A stretch of 64,000 bases of DNA from Takakia lepidozioides (lineage: Eukaryota > Plantae > Bryophyta): NCBI GenBank assembly GCA_030704615.1, contig CM060734.1, forward strand, positions 9,176,001 to 9,240,000, given 5' to 3'. Shown in pieces: positions 50,096-63,224 of the stretch. The number at the start of each line of letters is the position of its first letter. The first letter of the stretch is position 1. Made by a program: the position numbers and the translations under genes. The notes under the pieces were generated by a model, which saw nothing but the letters and a program-made list of their open reading frames with translations, was not told the origin of the DNA and searched no databases.

Positions 50096-51278
50096 TCTAT
50101 TACTGTTGCCCACATTCTACTCCACTCGGAGTATGGCCTCCCCCTATCCCCTTAGTCCTCAATTATCTACTTGTTATCTACTATCTCCATTAATGTTAAC
50201 AATGTGGGTAGATATATGTGGAGAGCATTTGGGCGGGTGTGAAGTGGTGGGTATAAGGAGCAGTCGGGGGTGGGGAAAGGCTGGATAGTGGGCCCTGGTA
50301 ATTGGTACGCTGTTTGTGTCAAGGGGAGGCCAAATTTGTGAGCAGGTGATGGGATGCATAGATTGGGAATTATGTTTAGAGGGGGAGGGGTGGTGGGTGC
50401 ACGGGACCAGTATTGGGCATCTGGGTGTGGTGAGTTAGATGGAATCTTGTGGAATGTTGTCGGAGCATAGCTTTGAGGGTGGCTGAATAGAGAAGGGTGT
50501 GGTTGAGATTGATAAGGGCTGGCGGGCCTGAGGGCTGATAATGCGGGAGTGGGGATTGTGGTTAAGTGGATAGCTGAGGGGGAGTTAGTGCATCAGGATC
50601 CCTTGTCAGTGGGCACCAGTACTGGGTGAGCGACTAGCGGGGTTGGGATGGAAAATTGAGGGTGAACTGGTGTTGGAAATGAAGATGCAATGAGTTGCGT
50701 ATGTGAGGGTGACAAAGTGGAGTGGGTGGACGAGTGGAGGATAGCAATAATAAAGTGGCATGTTGATATTGAAATGGCCATGGCGTCTTTGTGATAGAGT
50801 AAGGCTTGTGGGCCTGTGGAAAAGTATCAAGATAGTATTACAAAAAATAGGGGGGGTGAGGAGTGGGGGGTGTGAGAGCAGGAATACAGATTTGAGAGCC
50901 TGAATAATTAAGGGCGCTCACGGGGTAATGGACTATCAGTGCATAGTGGACATCGAGCTGTAGAATCATTGACATAGCAATTGCATACTGCATGAGGGTA
51001 ACTAGTAGAGGGGCAGTGTATAGGATGTTGGACAGCAACTGGGTGGAGTGATTGAATGTAGCTGTAGAGTTGTAGTTGGCAGGGTGATCCAGTGAACATT
51101 GGGGAAGCTCCAGCGATGTAGCCAGGCAAATATCTTGAGCAGATAGCTGGGGTAAACAACGAGCATGCATACTAGGACCAGCCCGAGTGGGGGGTGACAC
51201 CTGCGCAGGAGGGGAGAGATAATAACTGTGAGATGGTATTGCGTTGGGAGGAGTGTATGTTGAGTACAATGAAATCAC

Positions 51279-54200
51279 ATGGGGGGTCATAGCGTGAGCA
51301 TGAGGGACAAGGTACTGGTAAATGGAGCAGCAGGGGGGTGTGAGTTGGGCATGCTTCATATTACCTGTAAGAACCCTACAATCTACACTAAGTGGTGTAG
51401 CAAGCCAGACTTTGAACTCCATGGCAAGTTCATTACGGTCCACCCCCACCACAACAGTATCAATGGAATCGCACCGCAGGAACAGGAGCTGCTCGACAAG
51501 CTGAAGGTCTCTAGTATTAACCAGGCTCTGTTTGACACTGTTGAGTCAATCTCTATCCAACCCGCTCCCAGGCAGGCGGTGGGCCACGTCGAGTGGATGC
51601 AGGAAATCAACAAGAAGCTTGAGGCTCACTCCATCTCCATCAGAACTGACCTACGTAATGACATCAATGATATGGAGCACAGGCTGTTTGCATCAATCAA
51701 CAACCAACAACTTGCCTATCATGAGTACATGATGTCTCTGCAGAAATCCATAGCGGATAACCTCGGCCGTAATCTGGTGAATTTTTATCATCATGCGGAT
51801 CTCGTCCTTGCTAATCTCCCTAAGCTTCCAGGGCCTGGATCCTCGGATTTTACTCTACCAAGCGTAGGGTCCCCCACAGCCTGGCCCCAACACAAGACCT
51901 TCTACCATGCTGCTCCAGAGTTTACTGGTCTGCTACCCGCACACCCATCTGCCCTTTGGGCACTGGATCGGTTTGCATCCAGGAGCATGTTGACAAATCA
52001 ACCCCGCCAGCCACGGCACCTACACAGCCCTCCGACTCTCTCCTCACAGGTGTAACCAAGCATCCACATGCGTAGCCACAACGGTCTCCATCGAGCCCTC
52101 AACATTAGCTTCTTCTCTGCTAGAGTAGTTTGCTATCTAGTCTTGCTGGTATCGCTCTACCCACCCTCAGTTGTATCGTGTTGGGGCATAGTTTTTTCAA
52201 ACCCAGCCGTTGCTTTCAAATTCTATATCACTTTACCGCTCGGGTCACACCCCACTCCTCCTCCTCACACTTCTCCATCTCTCGCTTCATCTTGCACTTC
52301 TAATCCTAACGGCTACATATCCATTAACATTACCCCTCCCTACTCCTGTCTGCTATGGTTCACCACTCTGCCAGCATATGTGACACATCCCGTCATCCCC
52401 TACCAACCCCTGCCCCAATCATATTACCCCCATTCATCGTCCAGTATACATACATGTTACCCATATTTTTCATCCTCAGCTCCTCCCCCCCCCATGTCCA
52501 CCACATGAGTCATCCCCCCCCCCCCCCCCGGGCCCCCACAAATATCGCCCCCATAGCGTGGCCTGCCGCGCCACATCTGACCCCCCTGATTGGCCCCTGC
52601 TCCACTTACTTATCATTACCCAGCTATGTCAACCCTTGATATTTTAACACACCTACCCACCCACCCACCAGGCCCCCAATTACACACAGCTTATTTCGTC
52701 ACTACCCATATATATCGGTTGCCCCAAAAATACTCTCTAAGCCCCACCCTTCTGCACCATGCTCTTACCAACCTCGGTCTTTCCCTTATATATGACACCC
52801 CAATTTGACATTTATCACCCCATCTGTCATACTCGGGCCCACCGTATCAGGTGTACTTTACCCCCTCCTAAACCACTCATAATCACTGTCAGTCACTCTC
52901 TCATCTATACCAGTCCAGTCGACATCAACAACAACACTTCTCCCACCCCGACCCCCCGAACTCCCCACCAATCCTCAGGAAAGATACTCACTATATTTCC
53001 AAATTGACACCCTCTCACTTACACTTGCCTATCAACATCTCTATGCTCACTTCTCTCCCTTTCTCCCTCACCCATCTACCACTACACAGAAACGTATCTG
53101 GACCTCTCACCTCAATACTCACCACACGATCCGACGCGCCCTCACCATCATACCAACCTCCCTCACACCCCACCCCTGCAATAACTGGTAGTCTGACCCC
53201 CACATTACCTGCCTCAGTACTCTCACAACCTATCAAGCGCTAATGCCACCACCTTATGACCCATCTGACATACCCAACTGGACTGCTGCTCTTGCCAAAA
53301 TAGGTAGAGATGCCAAGAAAGCTGCCTACCTTATTACCAAACAAAAAGCTAAGGACAACCACAAAAATTTGTCTCATCCTTCAACCAATTACTACACGAT
53401 CACCCCAAGAGAGCCCACAAAGCCATTTTCAATCCGGCACTCAACCCACCCATTGACTGTATCTAGCACCGGCTATGCCACCTCCTAAACCAACCCTAAG
53501 GACATCAACGATGAGATATGGACCCAAGCATCAACATCATACACACCCACGGTAGTCAACTGCCTAGCGATACCTTAAGCCCTTACCTATTCATCGTCTT
53601 CCTAGAACCCCTATTGCGTTGGATTGTCCGCGGGAAACTTGGATATCAATACAAAACCTCCTCATGCGAAATCTCAGCGGCAGCTTATGCCGATGACCTT
53701 GCCATCCTCGCACATAAACCACAACACCTGAACAGACAAGTCACCAAATTATACCGCTTTAACCAATGGTCTGGCATGGAACTTAGCCTCCACAAATGTG
53801 CTATCACTGCTGCAACACACCGCAGCCGACTCACCAAATCTGTTGTCTCCTCCCACTGCAAACTCTATGTCCACTACCAGAACAAACCTTTCCCCTTCCT
53901 AGGACCCGATAAACCTTATACCTACTTAGGTATCCAGTTGGTCCCATCCCTCACCTGGCACATATAAAAGAACTCTACCTCAACTAAACTAGACAACAAA
54001 AGCCTAGCTCTCCTCAAATCCCCAATTCCCATTAGCCCAAATTATCAATCATACAGTCAGTCCTAGAAACCCAAGTCCAATACTCCTTCCATGCCGCACC
54101 CTTCTCCCTCCCTGACATTAAAAAACTCGATAGAAGCATCACCCAACTCACAACACGCACATGTGGTCTGCCAGTGAGTATTCCCAATGCCCTTACCCAA

Positions 54201-56643
54201 CTCCCTACTGACAGTTATGGGATTGGATCCAGCCCACTTATAATCTCATATGCCCGTGCCTTAGGCACACAATTAACATAAGCCCTCAATGACCCCGGAT
54301 GCTTAGGCCTAATCTACCAGGGACTTCTTAAATTTATTGCTCTAAAATATAATGGACTCTACTCTCTCCCATCGTTACACCCACAGGCATGCCTACACTC
54401 TCCTACAGTGCGAACACTACTCATCCTATGGACCAAATGAAAATCGGTTTACAAACTGACCTACCAGACTACCCCAATACCTTGTCCCCCTTAGAACTCG
54501 TGTGGCTCACTAGCCCCTTTCTCTCTCAGCTTGAAACTTCCCACCCCAAACAAAAAACACCTCTCCTCACGTATTTCAAAGAATGTCATATTACCACACT
54601 TACCCAACTTACCACCGCCACGGGGCACCGCCTCCTAAAACCCGCTGAATTTACCCTTAAACACTCCAGAGCTACCGCCAAAACCAGCCGGTACCTACAC
54701 TACCTCCGTATCCTATTCTGCCACCCCTCATCATCATGTACCCTTGACTATGCGCTCCCTTCTCTATTCTTCCCTCACACGCCCCAAGACCTATTACCCC
54801 AATACAAAACTGCCCCGGCTGTTTCCATTTTCTAGAAGCTCAGAACATCATACAACAACAATAATGCCGCCTCCACCGACCCCACCCCATCGCCCCCACT
54901 ATCACCGACTCGACATGACCCACGCTTCCCCCAACACCCCCACACAACCCTGACAACCCTAATGCCTTCATCATTGAAGCGATTCATGGAATAAAAACCC
55001 AAACATCACTAGACTCCTTCGGAGCCACATGTGTCAATACATACTATTACTGCAAATGGGCTGGATACCCAGCCGATGATAACACATGGCAAATTGAAGA
55101 TGACCTCTTCGGCCTCCATGACGACTGTGACCCTGACCACAATCTCTCTCTCCTCACTGACTTTCACAAACGCACTAATTCTAACTATCTAACTCATATA
55201 CACCAACAATATGCTTCTCCAGCCTAACCAGCGGACAACCGATACATACACACCCCATTAATGGCCCCCAATATACGAGTTTGCATAACCGAATGCAACC
55301 CGGACAAAGACATCAACCACGATCGTCCAATGGTCTATCTCGGCCCTCGCCTTTCCAACATCTACGCCACACACGGTCGCTTCTTGGGCTGTATCCCTAA
55401 CACTAGGCTCGCCTGGCTGTGGGCGCGATACTCCACTCCAACCACACACCAGCAAACCCTCCAACCCCCCAAACATGATTTTGCTACCGAACTATGCTGG
55501 CTCATAGAACGATGTTACAAAGATACCCCCCCCCCCCCAAAAAAAAAGCCACGCACTCTCAACAGACTAGCCACGGCCAACGCCCATAGCACCATACCTC
55601 ACGACATCCTCACCTTGCTCATCAACTCTTTTCACCTAACTCACTCATACTACTCCAGCCCGCTCACCTGCCCTATGGAGTTACCATCATTTGCCAGCCC
55701 ACACTATAGAGATTGCATCTTCAGTGCCACGGGTACTGCCACTCAGCACACATGGGCTGGCAGAGGTGTTGCCCACCCTCCTCCGGGTACCCCTTTGCAC
55801 GACGCTCTCCAATGGGCCCGTTTCGCCGCTCAATCATCCCCCCATTCCCTCACTATACTCATCCTCACACACAAAAAAACACCTGACAACTCCCACCCCC
55901 TTCTCCGCCTACTAGCAGGGGTTATCCTACTAGCCACAATCGATCCAAACCAACTCAAATATGTACACACCCCGCCTCTCCCCAAATACCTCCGTCACAA
56001 GGAATCATCTCTGACCCTAATCCTTCATGTCCAACACGCCTCCCCCCCCCACGATATTCCAGAGCCCTTCCTGAATCAACTAGACCACATTCTAACTAGG
56101 ACCTACAAAATGAAGGCGGCTGTCCACCACCCTATCTCCCACCACCCACCCACCCTCCCCTGTACCGACCCAACGCTTGCAATTCCCACCCTCAAAATAA
56201 ACAAGGATTGGGGAAGGGCGCGATCACGCCCTCCCCAAACCACACCACCATCACCCACACCTCCTTTACCCTCAATATATAGAACTAAAATCCATCTCAG
56301 ATTCCCCTCATCTAACTCCCACTATACCGTTGGTTCCCTGACCAAGCCTAATGCTGGCTATGGAGTATACCATGCCGCCACTAATACTGGCACTGCTCTA
56401 AGACTTCTTGGCCCTGCCAGTATATTACGAGCGGAACTCATGGCCATATTTGAAGCAATATCCCTCTTGGATGCCCTCCCCCCCCCCCCCCCCCAATACT
56501 ATATATTTACGGATAGTCTCACCTCACTCTTTCTTATCCGGAACCACATTTCCCGCCCATCCTCCCATCACCACCACCCAGACCGCAACCTCATCACAGC
56601 CATCGTCAGCCTTGCTATATCCAAAAACCACCCCATCCACTTC
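51279..56643 (+). mobile_element. Non-LTR retrotransposon (LINE) relic with RT, chromodomain, PCIF1-like MTase and RNase H
   Basis: RT: DTLSPYLFIVFLEPLLR, AAYADDL, YTYLG (53560-53960); RNase H: YT(V)GS, LRAELMAI, IFTDSL (56320-56640); C/A-rich sense strand. Confidence 0.8.
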
Positions 56644-56929
56644 CTCCTGCAGCAAAACTCCATTCTCCTCCGCCTAGGATCACCCTTTCCTGCATGTCCA
56701 TACAATACTCGAGTAGGCAGGGTGAAGTCTTGCAAGGTACCCATTCAGAGTACCCCCTTAATCCCAGATAGGTCATCCGACGGGTTCGACCAAAAAGCTA
56801 TGCTTACACACAAGACTACCCTTCTCCGAAAGCTTCGCGGGGACTACTAAACTTAGATCCGCCCGGAGGAGTTTACTGCACAAGGCTCCTACAGAGGCGC
56901 CGCGAATATCAGATGCTCAGCTCTGCACA

Positions 56930-57385
56930 ACATAGGGATTGAAACGCTTTCAGGAAAAACATAAGATAGTAAAAGATCCGGCATGCGAAACACATCAATC
57001 ATGAAAGATTCACAAATTAAAAAGGCTATCATATACTTTTTTTTATAACTCTTGATACTGGACCAACCTACTGGAATGCGAATAGGAATTAAAAATGTGG
57101 TCAAGACCACAGAGAATAAAGAGATACCATCTATACCTATGTGAAAATTGATGTTTGAATAAGGAAGCCATCGAATGGTTTCCACAAATTGAAATTTGGC
57201 TTGTAGAATTATCGAATTGTATCCAAGAAAAGTGAGAATACAAAAAAGTAATCAAAGAGGTGCACAAACCAATACTTCGTATCAGTCGTATTCTTGAATC
57301 AGGGATAAAAAGTAATAATGCTTCCTAACGGAGGACACGGAATAAGACCATTGAGATTGGAATAAAATGGAGCTAAAAATTGTAA
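56930..57385 (-). pseudogene. nad4: NADH dehydrogenase subunit 4, exon 1 (NUMT)
   Basis: LQFLAPFYSNL.., ETIRWLPYSNINFHIGIDGISLF, FLICESFMI, ESVSIPM, then intron-like sequence. Confidence 0.88.
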
Positions 57386-58214
57386 GTTTACTCTTCTTCC
57401 AATAGATCCCGAGGACGCAGCTCTCTTCGCAGGCCGCGGTCTACATCTCTTCTCGGCTTTCCAGCCATAGCGGCCCTATGATGCGTACATCACCCCGCAC
57501 TTATATACATAACGCCCGTAACAATTGCATAATTGGATGGGCTTTTGTATGCACATACTATGTAATTGCATGCTTCGCCCTTCGCTGCTTTGCCCAACGC
57601 TTCAAGGCCTGCTACTATGACCGAACGGACCCAGTCAAAGCTGGGGGGATAAGAAAAAACCAATTAATGGGTTATTTATTTATTTATTTTATTATTATTA
57701 TTTTCCGTTCTATGTTTCTTTCGTTTTCTCCCCTCCGACCCTCGATCTATCATTCCATCATTCCAACCTTTACTTCCTCCTTCCCCCTCCTCGGATTCCC
57801 TATAGTATAGGCCCGAACCAATCCCGTGCTGAGGACTCATTTTTTCAAGACTCATCGTAGATGAACTGCAAAGCGTAGCTTGGGCTCCAAGAAGAATTTT
57901 TTTTTTTTTTTTTCGCTCGTCAGGCTTCGGGCCTCGGCCCTCCCTCCCAGCGGAGCTGATAAAAGGGCGTAGCACCGGCTTATCATTGCGTCCCTTGAAG
58001 TTTTGTGGTATTATACGAGGAAGTTTGGAAGTAAAGTAAAGTATGACGCCTCCCGAAGGGAGCGTAACTTATGGTGTCACTTGACCCCGAAGGGCTACTG
58101 CCTTCCAGCAGGAAGGTGGACACCTTCATGACACACCAGACGGTGGTTTGAACCCACAACCACATCCAACGTGGTATGTGCCCATTACCACTGGGCTACA
58201 TGCTGATTGTCCGA

Positions 58215-58810
58215 GGAAGTTTGGACCTTTGGTTCGCGCTAATGTCTTTTTCAAAACGGATAAATAGAAAACTCACTATGTAAATACAATACAATCGATT
58301 ATTTACCCGAAAAGAAATAGAATCCCACAGACCTATTATGGTAATAAATATGGTTGAGCCAATCGACATCACAGAAGCATAACGATAAACAAAACCACTT
58401 TGAAGTTTACTGATTTGCTTGGCTAATTTTTGAAATATGTACAAAATCCCATAAGGCCCCAAGATTTCAATAGTACCTTATCTAAAGCTTTAAATGAGAC
58501 TTCGTATCCAAGATGCAAAAACGATCGAACTATAAGGTCATTAAAAACTTTATCAAAAAACCAGCGCTTATTTAAAAAAACAATATAGTCGATTACCCAA
58601 AGTACTAGTTTTCGAAGCGAAAATGAATTGATTTGCTACAAAATTTATATTATACGCCACAAAAGCACCTAAAGTACTAAACAAAATAGGAATTAGTTTG
58701 ATAATTGTTGGAGTAGCAAACTCGGATTCGGCAATAATTTCATTTTTGGGCACTATGAAAAGGGAATTAGCCCGAAAATTGGTACCTAAACCAATCATCG
58801 TATTGGTCCC
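58215..58810 (-). pseudogene. nad5: NADH dehydrogenase subunit 5, 3' end (NUMT)
   Basis: [30 protein letters not shown]; GPYGI..KLQSGFVY. Confidence 0.9.
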
Positions 58811-59079
58811 TAAGCCGTTCCATTGCTGGAACGGCTTGGCTTCAAAACCATACGTGAGGCTTCCGCTTCCTGAGAACTCATCAATTGTTGTAACTCTGAA
58901 AGAAGGGCTTCGCTTCGCGCATCAAAAGTAGCTTTTAAAGTTTCACCAAAGGTTTTTTGACTAAATATAACAAAACCTTCAAAACTTAAAGCTACAATAA
59001 CTTCTTTGTTATAAATTGAGATTTGTTTTGAACTTGAAACACTAGAAATTGAAATAGCAAATATAACCAATTCGCGCAT
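58811..59079 (-). pseudogene. atp4: ATP synthase subunit 4 (orf25), 5' part (NUMT)
   Basis: [41 protein letters not shown]. Confidence 0.85.
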
Positions 59080-59598
59080 TCGTATTTTTCTTCTTTCTTG
59101 GTCCGTTCTTGATATTCACCTAGAGTGTTCATTTGTCCGCGTAAGACATATATTTTGTTAAGAGCGGTGGTTTGACGTGAAGCTAGAGAAGTGGTATGAT
59201 AAGTAGAGGGACTCAAGGTTGAGGGTGCGTTTTTTCTTATCACTTGTGGGACACTGATCTCTCCCAAGGAACATACATAAGATTTATTCATTCGTTTCGA
59301 TTGATTGGCATTTAAGCTTTTTACCATTCCGTTACACCACTTGGATGCTCCAGATACACTCGAGTACGGATAAGATATACTGGTGTCAAAGCATTTTTTG
59401 AGAACTACATCTTGTTCAACACTGTAATCGCTCAGCTCCATGCCTACATTTTGGTGCGAAATCAACAATTTTCGTGGTTTGAGAATGCAACTTATTTTGG
59501 GTGATCCATCATTATATAATAACACATGAAAAGTCATATAAAACACACATAACCGAACAAACTGCGTCAAATACATAAATTGATCTAGTTGAGGAATT
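59080..59598 (-). pseudogene. atp8: ATP synthase subunit 8 (orfB) (NUMT)
   Basis: PQLDQF.YLTQF..LC N-terminus. Confidence 0.88.
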
Positions 59599-60087
59599 TT
59601 TTTTAACTTCTTTTTTCCCGATTCAAATACTTATTGAATCACGAGAGAAAAAAACAAATTTTCTTCTCTGAGCCCTTAATAATGCTAAAGCTCTTTGGGT
59701 TTGGATGAAACCTGCCAAACAGGCTGCAAGTTTCTGAAGGAAATTGGAGACGGAAAGATTCCTACAAAAAATAGAGCCATGACGGATTTTTAATTTTTTA
59801 ATTTTTAATTAGCGTTCTACATAATACAGAGCGAACACCACGATTGGTTCGGGGAGTCTGGACGGAAATATATATATGTGTGTGTGTGTGTTAACTAGAA
59901 GTCATATTTCCACTCCTCCCCATTCCATTACCGAGGTCATGAGTGTCCGCGTGGGCATAGCCCCCGCATTACCGGAGGCGTGGGGCGATGAGAAATCGCT
60001 TGTAGTTACGCACTAATTGGTCATTTCCATGACATCTTTTCTTTGAACCCAGTTTTTAGTTGCTCTGCGTTAACACACCAAAAAACC

Positions 60088-60903
60088 CTAATTCTTTGCC
60101 CGGCCTTGGTCCTTGAGTTTAAATACGTTGTTTGTGGTGAATCGTTTCGCATGTTCACGCGTTTTCTCAGTGCAGGCTCGAGGCTTTGGGCCTAAGCGCT
60201 TCAAGCTTCGTTTGGTCTTCTGGGTCGTACGAACCATGGGAAGAGAGCTGTAATTTTTACTTTTATTTTTTCCGATTATTTCATATCTACAAAAAAATGT
60301 GGTTTTTTTCGTGTTTCGCAAGTGTTTTCGCTTTGCGCCTAAACGCTTTATTTGTTGTTCTTGATGCGGTTTTGCCGGCGAAGAATAATCTATTTTTCCA
60401 TCACCAATCTCTTTTACCACGATATTGCCGATTTTCGAGTTCATGTTCAAAATGGAGGAGATTCTCCATTGACTATGAAAGACTTTTCTACTTCTGCGAG
60501 GACTCTTTGGAGAAGAAGCTATATGACCTGCGATTGCTACGGCATAACCTCATTTGACTGAATTCAAAATAAAACCTTTGACCAAATTATGCTGGTCACT
60601 TCGTCAAATTTTTGTTAGTTCAGTCCGAACTAGTTTGCTTTTACATTTCCTTTCCAACCGTTCTGGCAAAAGCATCTTTGGTTCACCAAACACTTCCACA
60701 TCTTTAATTCCCAAAACAAACCTTGCTTGCTTGGGGATTGGCACTCTTTTCAGCTCATGTTGGAAACAAATTATTGGAGTCTTCAGTCCTGTATCCACCA
60801 ATACCATGTCTTGTTGTAATTTTTTCACTGAACATTGTATAGCGCTTCCGCGTAATGGATTCAAACTAGAATTATATTTGGGAAACGATTGGGTAAAGCT
60901 CGT
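60088..60903 (-). pseudogene. rps1: Mitochondrial ribosomal protein S1 (NUMT)
   Basis: NPLRGSAIQCSV..VLVDTGLKTPIICFQHEL; KGFILNSVK.GYAVAIAG. Confidence 0.85.
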
Positions 60904-61354
60904 TTTACTTTTTCATTTTCTTTCATTATTTCTTAACTGATTTGTTTGCACATAGAGGCCTTCGGACCACTCTGCACCCTCATAATCAGTTTCATGAGGA
61001 ATGCAATTACATAGTAATTGCTAGAGAGTGGGGCGAAATTTGGGCTGCAAAAAAATAAAAAATAGTGGCTTTGCCCTCTGCCTTCACGGGCAGAGAGTTG
61101 CCCCCTGTCACATAATTGTACGTGATAGTTTCGCATCATACGGCTCTCTGCTCAAAGCTACGGAAAAAAAGTATATATTGTTTTTCTGTTGATATAATCA
61201 ATTTTTTGGTTGGCCTATCTCGCCAAGAAAGAGTCCGATACCGTCGCCGCGTAAATGAACACGCGGCTCTTCACCGGTTAGGCCTGAGGGGGGCTGCGAA
61301 GCCTGCGGCCTTTCATTCATTTCCTATAATTTTTGCACCAAAAGTCCAATAAAT

Positions 61355-61425
61355 GGCTAAGTAACATATAGGTAATGTATTGGATTGCAAATCCTAGAAA
61401 GATGGTTCAAATACGTCCTTAGCCT
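61355..61425 (+). tRNA. trnC: Mitochondrial tRNA-Cys(GCA), NUMT copy
   Basis: GGCTAAG..GGATTGCAAATCC..GGTTCAAAT..CCTTAGCC cloverleaf. Confidence 0.8.
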
Positions 61426-62137
61426 ACTTTACAATTAGACCGCTCCCGCAGAAGTGCCGACCTATTATTTATCCAAGGCCAAAAACCTTGATCAACCTTT
61501 GTACTTACCCACCATCTGCAATGCAGACTAAGCGTGACGGTACGAGCAACAACCGGCTAAGCGCCCGCGGCCAAAAAGAAAGGTATACCTTTTTTCTTTC
61601 GAATCAAGGCTAGGTTGTGTTTCAGACTTACTCCATAAGGTTGCTTCTTCTCCTGGAGAAGAAGCAAAATGAATGATATGTATATATATATATATATATA
61701 TATGTTGCTTTGCGTGTCCTTGTTCACCCACATCACGTGGGGTTTGGAAGCCGACTCCCAACAGCAAAGCTATGATTTAGGTTAACCAAGGGACTATGAA
61801 TTCGTTATGAATAAAACTCCCCCGGGGACAATAATATATGTAGTCATTGTCCCAGTAACAATAATCAGGTTACAACCCATAAAAACAAAAAATGATTAAG
61901 GTTGAGAGGCCGAATCGTCTCAGATGCCCCACTGAAGAGTACGTTCCTGAAATAGTAACAAACTAAGGTGGACGAAAAAAATATATATTATATATATTTT
62001 TCGTGAAGCGGCCCCCGCTTGCTTTTGTTCAAAGCCACCGGGAGATCGACCTTCAGACCACTTTCCCTCGGGAGAAGAAACAATATTTAGTCTCCGAGCT
62101 CCTTAGAGATGCTTGAATCTAAAGCTTCACTATATTG

Positions 62138-62211
62138 CATTTAGAAGTGGATTCGAACCACTGACACAAGGATTTTCAGTCATTTGCTCTAACCACCTGA
62201 GCTATCTAAAC
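62138..62211 (-). tRNA. trnF: Mitochondrial tRNA-Phe(GAA), NUMT copy
   Basis: Reverse complement GTTTAGATAGCTCAGGTGGTTAGAGC..ACTGAAAATCC..GGTTCGAATCCACTTCTAAA. Confidence 0.85.
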
Positions 62212-62228
62212 AAAAATAAAAAGGAAAT

Positions 62229-62968
62229 ACGTACAATTCTAATTTGTTGGTTATTCAAAATTACTAAGTACAAACGCATATCTGGGCCAACGCATATCTG
62301 GGCCATCGGATACCTACTTCCGATTTTCATGGATATTTATATGGATTTAGAAATGAAATGGCTATTATTGATTTAGAAAAGACACTTATTTGTTTACAAA
62401 TGGCTTGTAATTTGATTGAATCTATCATCCGTGCGAAATGCCATTTATTATTGGTGAATATCAATCCGGGATATAATAAAATAATTCAACGGATGGCAAG
62501 AAAATCAAATCAAAGCTATATCAATCATAAATGGATTGGGGTTTTTTTGACCAATTGGAGACATATGAAAAATGTACAAAAACACTTTCAAGATTTCTCT
62601 GCGCATTCCAATTTTCAAGACGCCTCTACATCTTCGCTTTTCGATTCTTTTCCACGTTTCAGAAAGATGCAAAAATGTTTTGAAGGAATTGTGACACACG
62701 TATTCCAGATTGTTTAGTAATAATGAATGCAAATCAAAATTCCATGGCTATACTTGAAGATAATCAATTACAAATACCTATTGTATCTTTGGTGGATTTT
62801 AATATTCCAAACAGATTACAAAAATTAATAACTTATCTCATTCCAGTGAATGATGATTCTATACAGTTTGTATATCTATTTCGTAATTAGGTTACGAAAA
62901 TAGTCATTCTTTCACAAAGTGCTTGGCCGCTCCCGCGAAAACCTTCAAGTGGAGGCCACAGGGCGTAG
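62229..62968 (+). pseudogene. rps2: Mitochondrial ribosomal protein S2 (NUMT)
   Basis: LLSTNAYLGH, MAIIDLEKTLICL, YINHKWIG.FLTNW, IPVNDDSIQF; 16-bp tandem duplication and frameshifts. Confidence 0.88.
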
Positions 62969-63224
62969 CTTTTGAGAATATGAATATATATATATATATA
63001 TATAGGTTTTTTTTAATCATTTACAAAAAAAACTTTCCCGGTATTTATTTATTCCATTTGCAACATCAATCAACGAAAGTAACTATAGGTTGAGAACTGT
63101 CACTATAGGTTGGGAACACTAACTATAATATGGGAATGGTAACTATCCAATAGAAACGGTCACTATCCGATAGGAACGGTCATTGTAGGCTGGGAACATA
63201 GTGACATATAAAGACAATATATGG

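Larger units (their letters stand above)
56645..63060. other. NUMT (nuclear insertion of mitochondrial DNA), rearranged and decayed
   Basis: Abrupt compositional change; nad4, nad5, atp4, atp8, rps1, trnC, trnF, rps2 fragments with frameshifts and deletions. Confidence 0.9.

Noticed and set aside
56645-63060. Functional mitochondrial genes or pure mtDNA contig
   Set aside because: Frameshifts, deletions and fusions; flanked by nuclear repeats (a chimeric assembly is not fully excluded)
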